A stretch of 64,000 nt of DNA from Octopus bimaculoides. Its lineage: Eukaryota. Location of the stretch: positions 59,327,224 through 59,391,223 of the forward strand of contig NC_068981.1 of assembly GCF_001194135.2 (NCBI RefSeq), given 5' to 3'. A program made the translations under genes and the position numbers. This document shows positions 1 through 11,836 of this stretch, one piece after another (the first letter of the stretch is position 1; each line of letters begins with the position of its first letter). Under the pieces are notes generated by a model, which saw only the letters and a list, made by a program, of their open reading frames with translations, was not told the origin of the DNA and did no database searches.

Positions 1-1078
1 TAGATTTATTTCATGGATTACATTATCCTATGTATTTGCATTTACCAAGACAGTAAGTTGTGAGTTGAGGAAGATTTGGCAGTTATATTTAGTAGGTTCA
101 CAATACTTCCTCGTTTGTTCATGTGAAAGGATGTAATATCTAATGACAGAGGTTTTGACAATGAAGTTACTTTTAGAAGAACAAAAGCTTTCAATTGAGT
201 TTGTACCATTATATACTGCTGGAACAAACACGCGCACACATACTCTCTCTCCCACGCTATCCACATACAAACACAGAAAGGGGGAGAGAAAAAGAAAGCA
301 GTATGCTTAGAGAGTGAATCAAAAAATGCAGTCTATTGTCACTCGATCTGATAGCATTAACAGTGAAATCACTCTAGCTCACACCGCACACCTTTGAAAG
401 ACGAAAGAGACATTAGGTAATGTGCTTGTACATAATCTCTGTCGGAGGGAGATGGTTACGACTGGAAGGCTTTCGATCATAGGTCTGCTTGATTAAAGTC
501 GACAGTACCAAACTTGTATTCACCTCTTTTTTGTATATCTTAAACAAGAGATTTGGAACTAAAAACGAAAGAAGAAAAATACCGAAACACGTGAAGCATG
601 CCTTTTCTTCATTTACCTATTTTTATTTTACTGAATAAAACCGAATGGAAACTAGCATTCACTCCATTTCCGATTACGATTGGAACCTCATATTTGCACG
701 TCTAAAAAAGTTGCGCTAAAGGAAATTAATTGTGTTTTCATTTGTGTAAAAATTCGAGTTAGATAGCAATGAAATCGTGCCAAAGTTGAAGACATATTTA
801 AATTAGGATTAAGATTGTTTTAAAGAACTATTACTTCATTCTTCTGTTGTCTAAATAAATATCATCTAGTAATTTTATCCATGATACTGAGCTTAATGTT
901 TAGAATTTCTCACTTCCGACATAAACAGAGCACGAATACAGCAACAGAAAACAAAGAGATCAAACAAGTTATTAAGAATAACATCCAGAGTTACGCCAAT
1001 GACATATGATCATTGTCAATATAATCTAAATATACACACAATTTGCGCCATTGCTGTGATTATTATCATCATCCTCGT

Positions 1079-1115
1079 CACCACCACCACCACCACCACC
1101 ACCACCACCACCACC
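1079..1115 (+). repeat. (CAC)n microsatellite; (CAA)n nearby at about 1384-1425
   Basis: Direct reading; it explains the poly-His and poly-Thr ORF-track entries. Confidence 0.95.
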
Positions 1116-1499
1116 ATTATTATGTTGCTGTCGTTACTTCTTGTATTGGTAAGACATTTTCATTTGTGCTCTACGCTGCGGATTATATTTTATCGAATTT
1201 AACAAAAATTTGCTCTCTATTTCTGCGTTTTATTGTACTGAATAGTATTGAAAGAAATGAGGGCTTTTCTTATTTATCCTTTCCTCGAGAATATTTATGG
1301 AAAAATAAAAATTTTGAAAATATCTTCTTCGCTAAACGACATTAAATAAACGAGATCGGTTAGACACACACACTCATCCTTTACAACAACGACAACAACA
1401 ACAACAACAACAACAACAGCAACAACCCCAAAACATTTGCACAAATGTCATGAAAAAAATACGAATGAAATTATGAACATTAACAAACATGGTATTCAA

Positions 1500-2200
1500 G
1501 ATCGAATGCGTGGAGAAGCAACAAGCAAAGATTGTGTAGATACACTCATGCTCAAAGACTCATACTGCAATACACTAGACAACAGGGTTGAGAGTCACGT
1601 TCACTTGCAGAGATATTGAGTGGATGTCATTGTTGTGGTGCAATGTGGACTAGGAGTGAGTGCAACGCTGACGAAAACGTATGGAAGAGTCTGGAGGAAT
1701 CAGTATGAACTTTAGTGTCCCAGTGACTCTTCTCCAAGCCACAGGGCTTGATATTTGCCTTGGGTGGGTAAAACATCTGCAATAAGTATTGCTGGACAGA
1801 CAGCCCAGCTGTTAGGTTAAGATGGGAGCAATTGACAGCTGAATATAAGTGACAGGATAGAAGAGGAAAAGTCATCAAATGAAGAAGAAAGGTAAATCTA
1901 AACAGAAAGCGTTGAAAACACCGTGTCCATGAAACACCTTAAGTGATATCTGTTCCCATGGAGTTGGTACACTGCAGAAAGCTCTGAAGTAAAAAACATA
2001 AACTGCTTAATTTTATGATTGATCTGAGAAAAAAATAAAACCACAATTGTGTTGCTGGAGTGCAATTTCCTATGCCTCTTTCAAGAACACCCATAAGGTT
2101 ATTGATAAACCATAAGCTTTTGATCTAAAAGTTGGTAAAAATCAATTTCTCACGTGATACTGAGTTCCCCAAGGTACAACCAACCAAAGAAAAAAGCTTA
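1500..2200 (+). mobile_element. Highly degraded 3' part of an RLE-type (R4/Dong-like) non-LTR retrotransposon
   Basis: Broken frames give KPQGLIFALG (cf. ETEGLIFAAQ), EYK*QDRRGKVI (cf. EYKxRHDxVGKVIHW) and FMIDLRKK..IVLLE (cf. PDxVxxD..E); many stops. Confidence 0.45.
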
Positions 2201-2313
2201 CAGGTGCCCTTTGGGACACCTGTTTATATTACAACTCATTACAAGTGAGTAGACTCATGGATTAATGATCATTATTTATTCTGCATATACGTTTCAAATA
2301 GAATTCTAATGTA

Positions 2314-2449
2314 GGCGTAGAGATATGGTAAGAAGCTTCAGTCCCACTGCATGGCACCTTGGGCAATTGTCTTCTGCTATATCCTCGGGCCACCAAAGCC
2401 TTCTTAGTGGATTTGGTAAACGGAAACTGAAAGAAGCCTGTCGTAAATG

Positions 2450-2485
<36 letters not shown>

Positions 2486-2710
2486 TGTATGTATGTGTGT
2501 CTTTGTATTGTTCTTTGTCTCCCGCCATCGCTTGACAACCGGTGTTGGTGTGTTTACGTCCCAAACTTAGTGATTCGGACAAGAGACCGATAGAATAAGT
2601 ACAAAACTTTTAAAAAATTAAATACTGGGATTCATTCGACAAAAAATTCTTCAAGGTGGTGCTCCATCATGACCAAAGTCTAATGACTAAAACAAGTAAA
2701 AGATAAAAGA
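2314..2710 (+). mobile_element. SINE family A (tRNA-derived head, internal (TA)/(TG) microsatellite, AAAAGA tail)
   Basis: Shares blocks such as GGCACCTTGGGCAA, GGAAACTGAAAGAAGCC, CTTGACAACCG and GATAGAATAAGTAC with copies at 4972-5430 and 53046-53452. Confidence 0.85.
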
Positions 2711-4971
2711 AAAATAATGTATGTATCTGTCTGTCTGTCTGCCTATCTATCTTAACAACTTCTCTTGTTTGTTCATAACTATCATCTGTCTATCTGCACA
2801 AATTTTTTAGCGACTTTTCAACACGCATTTATTATATGAATGAATTAGTCCTGGCGGCAAATATAGGAAACAAGTCTTTTATTACAGTCATCAGCATCAT
2901 TGTTATTATTATCATCATCAATATTATCACTGTTGTTTTTGTTTTTGTTGTCATTACTATTATTGACGTTATACCGATGATTATAATTTAGGTAATGTTT
3001 GAAGAAGGATTAGCTAAGATAAACCGATAATATTCACAATGCGTGCTGCATATTCTATAAGGTTGATTTCGTGCTGGATTAGAGTATTATGTATTTAAAG
3101 AATGTCCTAGGATCCGAAAGAATGTGACAGTGCGCTTATGTGCATACTATAAATTGTGTGTAGTTGCAGAAATTCCAGGATGCAATATTCGTTGTTACAT
3201 TGAGTGTTTTACAAAGTAATTATTTATCTTGTTATGCCGAAATGAAAGATAACGAAATAACTTCCTTTCCTTTGCTTTGTACATCTTTATACATCCTCGA
3301 TACGTCTAAAACACCTTCTATACATACATAAATTACACACAGACACACACACACAGACACACACGCGCTCACACACACAAACACACACACACATACACAT
3401 ATATATGTATAAAAATGTAATTTAGTTTCAGTTGAATTAGGTACTTAAATTGAGGCGCCTTGTTAGGACGAACTTATTTGCACACTCAGCATTAGGTGAG
3501 TATCAGACTCTACATAGATTTTTTTTCCATCCGATATTCATGCAGTGTATGCAGATGGAAGAATCCAAGTAAGTGAATAAATCCGCTCTTGTTTGTTCAG
3601 ACATGTACTCTACATAAAGATACTTTCTTTATACTTCCGACGTGCGGATTCAAGGGTAGGTGAGTTACAAAGTTGTCTAAGTGTGAATTCATTACGGCCG
3701 TTTCGAGCAACTCCTTTAATTGATCAATGAAAGCATTACATCATTACATTTATATAGGGTGCTCAGTAAATATGAAAGAACGATTGAATAACTATTCTTC
3801 ATCCTTTAGACTTGAGTATAAAACTAATAGTACCTCATTATATACGAAAATCTGGGAACTTAAAGACAATAATATCGATTTTAGTCTTAAATGCGATTTA
3901 GTACGTAAAGTTCAACCATACACAAACAGCCGATATGGAGGTAGACTATGTTGTATGGAATTGTATGAATTTTTTTAAATATTGAGATAAGAACAACTTA
4001 ATTACTAATAAATTAGATCGTTGACTGTCATGTGTTCATAAGATTACCCTACCTTTAAATACTTTAGGGGATGGTAATTTTTTAGTATATCATATAATAT
4101 TTTTGCGGCTTAAATATTTTCTCTTTAACCCCTTTGATCTGTTAACTCTTAGTAATCATAATATATACCTACCCAATACCAGTGGTGTATCTATTCTATC
4201 ACGGTTATAATATAGATTTGCAGCATATAACGATTTTTATGAAAAAAACTAGAAATTAGAATTATTTTTACCCAACGAGTTTTTAATTTTCGAATCTCTC
4301 CTAATGATCTGTTACTATCATACCTCAATTCTTGCTCTTCGTTGTATTTTAAAAATATTTTCTTAACCTATTTCTAATGATAAATGTAATTCTATTTTAT
4401 CTTTATTATAACCCGGTATACTTATGCTTTTTTCCATCTATATTAATAATTAATTAATATTCTGATTATAGATATTTATATAACAATTCCATTATAATAT
4501 TTTCTTTATTTTCATTTTATATTACCTTATTCCCTTTTTGTATATCTTAGTATAGCATCTTTTTATTGGCGTACTTTAAAGATAGAATTTTTTAGCTTAT
4601 CTCTTTTTATAATTTTTTATTATAGCTTTCCGTGTAATTCTTGTTTCAGATATTTTCCTATATTTCCTCATATATTTTATAAATCTTGTATCTTATATCC
4701 TTATATCTTGAGATTTTATAAATACTTTGTATTTTTATATATATAAAATATTTTATATGTTTTAGATTTTCATGCCTGTGTATATATATCCTTTATATAT
4801 TTTTATATTTTCTTATATTATATTTTATTTTTATATTTGGTTATATTTTTCCTTTTATTTTTTATTTCCTTATTTTTTTAAAGTTTGTATAGCATAAACA
4901 TTTGGTGGCAATTTCTAATTTCTAGTTTTTTTCATAAAAATCGTTATATGCTGCAAATCTATATTATCATA

Positions 4972-5186
4972 TACTCTTTTACTTGTTTCAGTCATTTGAC
5001 TGCGGCCATGGTGGAGCACCGCCTTTAGTCGAGCAAATCGACCCCAGAACTTATTCTTTCTAAGCCTAGTACTTATTTTATCAGTATGCTTTGCTGAACC
5101 GCTAGGTTACGGGGAGGTAAACACACCACCATCGGTTGTCAAGCGATGTTGGGGGGACAAACACAGACACACAAACATATACACAT

Positions 5187-5225
<39 letters not shown>

Positions 5226-5239
5226 CANNNNNNNNNNAC

Positions 5240-5270
<31 letters not shown>

Positions 5271-5430
5271 TACGACGGGCTTCTTTCAGTTTCCGTCTCC
5301 CAAATACACTCACAAGGCTTTGGTCGGCCCGAGGCTATAGTAGAAGACACTTGCCCAAGATGTCACGCAGTGGGAATGAATCTGGAACCATGTGTTGGTA
5401 AGCAAGCTACTCACCACACAGCCACTCCTG
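4972..5430 (-). mobile_element. SINE family A, near full length
   Basis: Reverse complement matches family A from the GGAGTGGCTGTGTGG head to the GCCGCAGTCAAATGACTGAAACAAGTAAAAGAG tail. Confidence 0.9.
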
Positions 5431-6043
5431 TATATATTAAATTATACGTTATCTCCTTATTTAGTTATAGATGAAATTTATTTCTAGCCTTTATATATAT
5501 ATATACATTTTGCTTATACGGTATAAGTAAATTAAGGTAAAAACTTACCCATTCAATTTATATCCTACCCACAATACTTTAAGAGGTATTCCTTGTAACA
5601 GTTCCTTTTTACTTCCCTTTAAGATGACAATGAAAATAAGCCTTATTAGCCATCCCTATCCCTTCTTCTCTTTCTATTATCAACACTTCTCGTTTACTAC
5701 TCCATGACCTACCCTTTTGGTGTTGATATAGCGGGATGTAAAGTTCCATTTTCTCAGATAGTAAAACGGTTTGTCATGATATTAACTCCCTAAAAATCTA
5801 ATTTTCGATGTTTTGAAGACTACTTTCCCCTGTCATTTTCGATGTGTAGACAACAGGGTCACTAATCTCATTCCTTCTCCCACTCTAGCCTATGCTAATG
5901 TCTGGCTTGTCTGTCGCTGCACTGTCCTTTTTTCATTCCGCCAAAAAGTTTAGCAGAGGAATCATTGTAAATATTTGCTCTCTATTGATGATTTGAATAC
6001 GTTTAAATATTTAACGTTCCCTTTATGCTTGAAATCTACGCGG

Positions 6044-6126
6044 TCATCTGATGAGAATGGTTTTTTTGTAATGATGTAATGCTTTCATTGATCAATGAAA
6101 GGAGTCGCTTGAAATGGCCGTAATGA
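6044..6126 (+). ncRNA. Type I hammerhead ribozyme-like motif in PLE pseudo-LTR
   Basis: tcat-CTGATGA-(long stem II containing palindrome CTTTCATTGATCAATGAAAG)-GAAATGGCCGTA-atga; the inverted copy at 3690-3707 reads GAAACGGCCGTA. Confidence 0.5.
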
Positions 6127-6178
6127 ATTGACACTTACACATCTTTGTTATTCATTTATCCATATATATTTACTCATT

Positions 6179-6214
<36 letters not shown>

Positions 6215-6335
6215 NNNNNNNNNNNNNNNNNNNNNNNNNNNNNNNNNNNNNNNNNNNNNNNNNNNNNNNNNNNNNNNNNNNNNNNNNNNNNNNNNNNNNN
6301 NNNNNNNNNNNNNNNNNNNNNNNNNNNNNNNNNNN

Positions 6336-6369
<34 letters not shown>

Positions 6370-6370
<1 letters not shown>

Positions 6371-6909
6371 ACCGGACGGGAGACAGATACAGAAGGTCAC
6401 TAATTTTTCATCAGTTATCAACCAATTAGTAATACTCAGTTTTGCACCATTAATGATTAGACTGAGAACTTCCCATATTGGCGGTACTCAGAAAAATTTG
6501 CGGAGAATATAGGGCCGAAAGCAAACAAAACCATACAAAACAATACAATACAGAGTGGACATACGAAATTGAATAAATGTGATTTAAGACGATGAACAAA
6601 GACGAAATAAACAAGAAACAACCAAAATACACCTCTCGAGCCAAAAAGAGAAGAATAGTGGGCAACACTTAGATGACATCCCAAAGGATAGAAAGCAGTG
6701 AGACAGAGAATTTGGGACTGGTCAGTTACGGGACCAGTGTGAGAAAGGGAGAGAAAGCTATGAAAGCTGGCCACGAGTCATGTGACAGCAACGGGCAGAG
6801 GAGAAAGAGGACAAGAGAAAGGGAGAGAGAGAGAGCGACAGAGAGAAAACAGGGGAAGGGGTGAAGAGGTAAAACAGAAAGGAGAAAAGCTAGGAATACA
6901 AGAGGGTAA

Positions 6910-6997
<88 letters not shown>

Positions 6998-7350
6998 GAG
7001 AGAAAAGGAGAAAGTAGAAAGGCTAGAATAGAAGTGAGAGGGTGAAAGAAAGAAATGGAGAAAGGTTGAAGGCAAGAAATACTCACGTGGATTTATGGAA
7101 AAACTTACTGTTAATACAATTCGGTGTGAGGTGCGTTTCGTTAATAAATGAAAAAAAATGTATGGTAAATAAACAAACGAAATAACGTATACTGAGTGTA
7201 CAACCAGACGAGAGACAGACACAGAACGTTCCTAATTCTTCATCAATTATCAACGAATTTGTAATACTCGGTTTCGCACCATTAGTGATAAGACTGAGAA
7301 TTTCCTATATTCTCGGTACCCGCAAACATTTGTGGAGAATATAGTACCGA
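6370..7350 (-). mobile_element. PLE-like 3' tail: two diverged direct repeats (about 6370-6530 and 7200-7350) around a pyrimidine-rich spacer with an (AG)n tract (about 6915-7000)
   Basis: Both copies contain GTAATACTCRGTTTYGCACCATTARTGATWAGACTGAGAA; adjacent to a GIY-YIG fragment. Confidence 0.55.
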
Positions 7351-7384
7351 GAGCAGACATAACACAACACGACGATGACTATTC

Positions 7385-8700
7385 TTGTCTTTTTGGCTCA
7401 TAACCGATAGTGATGAAAGTCTTAATCCATATATAGATACATGTTCATGTCGTGATAAGACTAAATGTAAGCTCACTAATAAATGTAATATTGATAATGT
7501 AATTTATAAATGTATAGTAAACTCTAAGAACAACGATAATAAAAATATAAATAAGGTTTTATTTATAGATAAATGTTCATGTCGTGATAAGACTAAATGT
7601 AAGCTCACTAATAATTGTAATATTGATAATGTAATTTATAAATGTATAGTAAGCTCTAAGAACAACGATAATAAAAATATAAATAAGGTTTATATTGGAT
7701 CTACAGCTAATGCAATTAAAAAAGAATCTTCCAACACTACCAGACTTTCAAAATTCCTAATTCAAATAAGCCCACAGGTTTAAGTAAATATATATTGGAA
7801 TTGAAATCTAGAAAAAGAGATTACATCCTTAGTTGGAGTATAATAGTTAGAGCCCACTCTTATAATATTGGGAATAAAATGTGTTTATTATGTATAACAG
7901 AATTTATGAAACTTATACAGTCTAGAGATGAATTACTAAACACATACGATGAAAGAGAAGGGAAATGTAGACACCAAATGAATTTTACTTTCAGTAGAAT
8001 GAAATACTGAATCGCCTCCTCGATTCTAATCACCACATACTCTTGATCTCTACACTAGTTGAATATGTCATATAAAGAATTAAATTGATTAATTAATCTA
8101 AATATTACGAAATATTATATTATAACAAATTATATATACCCCTCAACACAGTTGGATAGAAGATAATAATAGATATCCATAGTGGAATTACCTTCCTTGG
8201 AACTAATCCCCTATAAATTCCCATAGTGTTCTGCTATTTTCACTTCCTCTAATCGCTATTTTGAATGACATCCTGCTGTATCAAAAGAGGATATGTATCT
8301 TTATATTTTACATTATTTTCCACATTTAATCACAGCCATTTTTATTCTGATGTATAATTTTATATTTTATATTTGACGTTCTATACTTGACTTTATAAGT
8401 TTGATATATGTATACTAATTTATAGTTATAATTTATAATTTTTAATTCTTAATTTTGTAAAGTTTGATTTTTTAGTTTTAATTTTTTAATGATTAATTTA
8501 ACACTTAATTTTAAGGTGATGTAAAATTAGGTTAACAATATTTTGAAAAAGAACCTGAAGATGTATTGGTAGAATTGCAAATCTGATGATTACATATATA
8601 TATATATATAATCTTTCAAAACTGAAACACGTGTACTTCCTTCATAATGATAATTTTAACTTAAATAGGAGATAATAAAGGAAGTATATTTTATACCCTG
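7385..8700 (+). mobile_element. Penelope-like element remnant: frameshifted GIY-YIG domain plus pseudo-LTR
   Basis: CKLTNKCNIDNVIYKCIV..KVYIGSTA..WSIIVRAHSYNIGNKMCLLCITE..DELLN..KCRH; HHR-like motif at 8548-8645. Confidence 0.85.
8548..8645 (+). ncRNA. Degenerate minimal hammerhead motif
   Basis: CTGAAGA (8555-8561) ... GAAACACGTGTA (8624-8635, palindromic stem III); stem I partly paired (aagaac/cttcctt); stem II interrupted by (TA)n. Confidence 0.35.
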
Positions 8701-8904
8701 CTGGTGTAGTGGTTTTATCCTTAAAGTATTATTTCTTGATGTGTATATACATGCCATGAGTTTACCTCCAGATATACTTGTTATGTTATTTTTTGCACAG
8801 TCTGAAATAGAATACCTACATATCTATTAATCCCCGAAACTGAATTATATTTATGTATTTACACACACACATATATATATGTACACACACACTCATACAC
8901 ATAC

Positions 8905-8906
8905 GC

Positions 8907-8990
<84 letters not shown>
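8905..8990 (+). repeat. (CA)n microsatellite
   Basis: Direct reading. Confidence 0.95.
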
Positions 8991-8993
<3 letters not shown>

Positions 8994-9725
8994 AATGCAA
9001 CTGCTCAGATACATGCACCCATATGTGTCAGTACTTATGAAAGTGAAATGACCGACTGCGAAAGTTCTTTGACTGATAGCAACTTGGTCGAATATTTCTA
9101 TTCAACACAGGTATTTATTGATTTTGGACCGATCATTTTGTATTAATCTTGGATCTGTTTTGCATTTAGTGAAAATATATGAATAATTCCTCACAGAAAT
9201 TCGAAAAATATGCATAATTAAATATGCTTAATCGTAACTAACATCTGAACGGTTACATTTTTCGCTCTCCATTTAAAGCACATGAAATTGAGTTATGCTC
9301 TCACCCATAGAAATATCCCTTGGGTTTTAATTTTTATTTATTTCGTGTGTCATAAAATCTGAATCTTGGATATCAGTTACAAAGGAGAAAGCCATAGTTG
9401 TGTACACTGAATTTCTGCTATTGCTTTTAATATGTCAATATATATCGCTGAAAGCATTAAAAGATTTGAATGTTTATCTTTCCGCAGAATTTCGTGTTGC
9501 TAAGAAATGCCTATTTATCTCTACACTAATCATTAGTTTGTTAGTTGGGAAAAGATCTAAGAGACTTGTAGTCGTGGTTTAGCACCCATTCAGTTTTAGT
9601 CAGCGAAATCTGTGATCAAAATCGTGTCATGAATTCTGTTTTTTTTTGCGTATCTAAGACCAAAATGTCTGTTTCATTCTCAAATTTAAGGCGGTCGGGT
9701 GCTATATGAGGGTGATTGCTAACTA

Positions 9726-9770
9726 CTATTATTATCATTATCATTATCATCATCATCATCATCATCATCA

Positions 9771-9856
<86 letters not shown>
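9726..9856 (+). repeat. Compound (ATC)n(ATT)n microsatellite
   Basis: Direct reading. Confidence 0.95.
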
Positions 9857-9858
<2 letters not shown>

Positions 9859-10058
9859 GGCAGTGATGTGGCAGAATCGTTAGCACGATTGGCGGTATTT
9901 CGTCCGTCTTTACGTTCTGAGTTCAAATTCCACTAAGGTCGACTTTACCTTTCATCCTTTCGAGGTTGATAAAATAAGTACTATTTGAAAACTGGGGTCG
10001 ATGCAATCGATTTACCCCTTCCCGAAACTGCTGGCCTTGTGCCAAAGGTTGAAATCAT
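9857..10058 (+). mobile_element. SINE family B (about 200 bp, tRNA-derived)
   Basis: TGGCAGAATCG A-box-like and GAGTTCAAATTCC B-box-like motifs; shared CTTTCATCCTTTCG and GGCCTTGTGCCAAA blocks with other copies. Confidence 0.85.
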
Positions 10059-11581
10059 CACTTTTATTATTATTGTCGTTTTTAATTGTTGATATTGTTG
10101 TTTGCTTTTGCTGCTACTGAACGTACTTTTTTCGCCCTGTAGAATATTTATACTTAAGAACTCTGGATTTTTCTCGATTACCTTAGGAAGAAAGGTTCTA
10201 CATGTTAAAAAATATATTTAACTTTTAAAGCATTTCTTTGTTTTAAAAAAGTCATTTAAATACGACTTNNNNNNNNNNNNNNNNNNNNNNNNNNNNNNNN
10301 NNNNNNNNNNNNNNNNNNNNNNNNNNNNNNNNNNNNNNNNNNNNNNNNNNNNNNNNNNNNNNNNNNNNNNNNNNNNNNNNNNNNNNNNNNNNNNNNNNNN
10401 NNNNNNNNNNNNNNNNNNNNNNNNNNNNNNNNNNNNNNNNNNNNNNNNNNNNNNNNNNNNNNNNNNNNNNNNNNNNNNNNNNNNNNNNNNNNNNNNNNNN
10501 NNNNNACAAACAGTAAGCAGCAACATGGAGGACAATAATGAAAGTAATAAATTCGATGTAAAAGTTGCCTGTAAAATTTAGTTCTGAATATGAAACAGCA
10601 TTTAAAATGAAATGAGACTGTGGGGCAATGTGGTACGAAGGCTTGCACTTCTATCTTTGTCCACTCTGTCAAGAAAGGGGCAAAAAGAAAACGTGGCATA
10701 ACTTTATCTATGACAAATTGAAGGGGTTTTCCGTGTGCTAGTAATGGCGGAAGGCCAGATGGGATAATGTATATTGTTTTCAAGACCAACTAAGTGACGA
10801 AGTATGGTAATTTCGCGACACCCTTGTCCACAGGAAACGTCCTGCAGTGGAATATATGGATCACTGCCAGAGAGACTAGGAATTGTATTAATCCTTGGTT
10901 CTTTATTGCCTTAGCGAGCTGTACGGATAGGTTGTTAGCGATGCGATAAACAAAATCGATTCATGTTATAGATGGGCATGTCGGTTATGATAACCATCTC
11001 AAAAGGCATCTGTTTTCAGAAAACCACCCTGTGCCAAGTTCGAATAAAGCTAAAAAAATCTCTACTTGTCTGCAGTAATTGCTGCTAACGACATTGACAC
11101 TGGTGATCAGAAGGTGGGAAAACCCTCCTATATCGCAAAAACAAAAGGAAAGAGAAAGTTTGTACACATACAGAAATAGTAAAACACACTTTGCGAAATT
11201 TCGAACATTATCTGCTGGAGAAAGAGCATAATCTTATATTATCACGGCGATGATATAAATGCTAGATTGTGTGTGTGTGTGTGAGTGTGTATGTGTATGT
11301 GTGTGTGTGTGTACGCGCTCGCTTGCACGCGCGTGTATATATGTATGTATGTATGTATATATATATATGTGAGTATGTTTGTATATATAAATGAATATAT
11401 GTGTATATTTGTATATGTTTATCTATCTGTGTATATATGTCTGTGTGAATGTAAGGTGCTCGTGTGGATAAAATTGCGATCATGTATCGGATGATTATGT
11501 CATTTAGTATACAAGTGCGTGTTTCATAACTGTGTGCTTGTGTTTGTATCTATTCCATATGTATCTTAGATTAGATGCATA

Positions 11582-11794
11582 CAAGGGGATGTTGGAAAGT
11601 TCCCGGCTTTAAGGGTATTGCGAAGACCTGATTGGGGACCCAAACTTCCAAGTTCTTTTAAAAGGCTAAGAAAAACTGAAGGACCGCTGTAATAAACGTG
11701 TGAATCTGTGAGGGGAAATGTGTTGAATAAAATCATAACTGATCCTCCCGTATTTTCTTTTACCCAAAGTCAAGAACTTTTCAGCACCACTTCG
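11582..11794 (+). mobile_element. Mariner/Tc1 internally deleted element (MITE)
   Basis: TA target duplications; imperfect TIRs CAAGGGGATGTTGGAAAGTTCCCGGCTTT / AAAGTCAAGAACTTTTCAGCACCACTTCG; interior encodes a transposase-like tail (KLKDRCNKRVNLxGxCVE*). Confidence 0.8.

Positions 11795-11836
<42 letters not shown>

Larger units (their letters stand above)
3678..6137 (+). mobile_element. 5'-truncated Penelope-like element: GIY-YIG fragment (3727-4070) flanked by inverted pseudo-LTR segments, with a SINE inserted
   Basis: YIYIGCSVNMKERLNNYSSSF..TSLYTKIWELKD..CCME is a PLE GIY-YIG C-terminus; 71-bp inverted repeat 3678-3748 / 6067-6137. Confidence 0.75.

Noticed and set aside
999-1345. Poly-His / poly-Thr ORFs
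   Set aside because: They are translations of a (CAC)n microsatellite with no other protein features
11060-11130. Cadherin-like IAANDIDTGD motif
   Set aside because: A stop lies just upstream, the PE/LDRE/DxNDN motifs are not in frame, and the donor is weak
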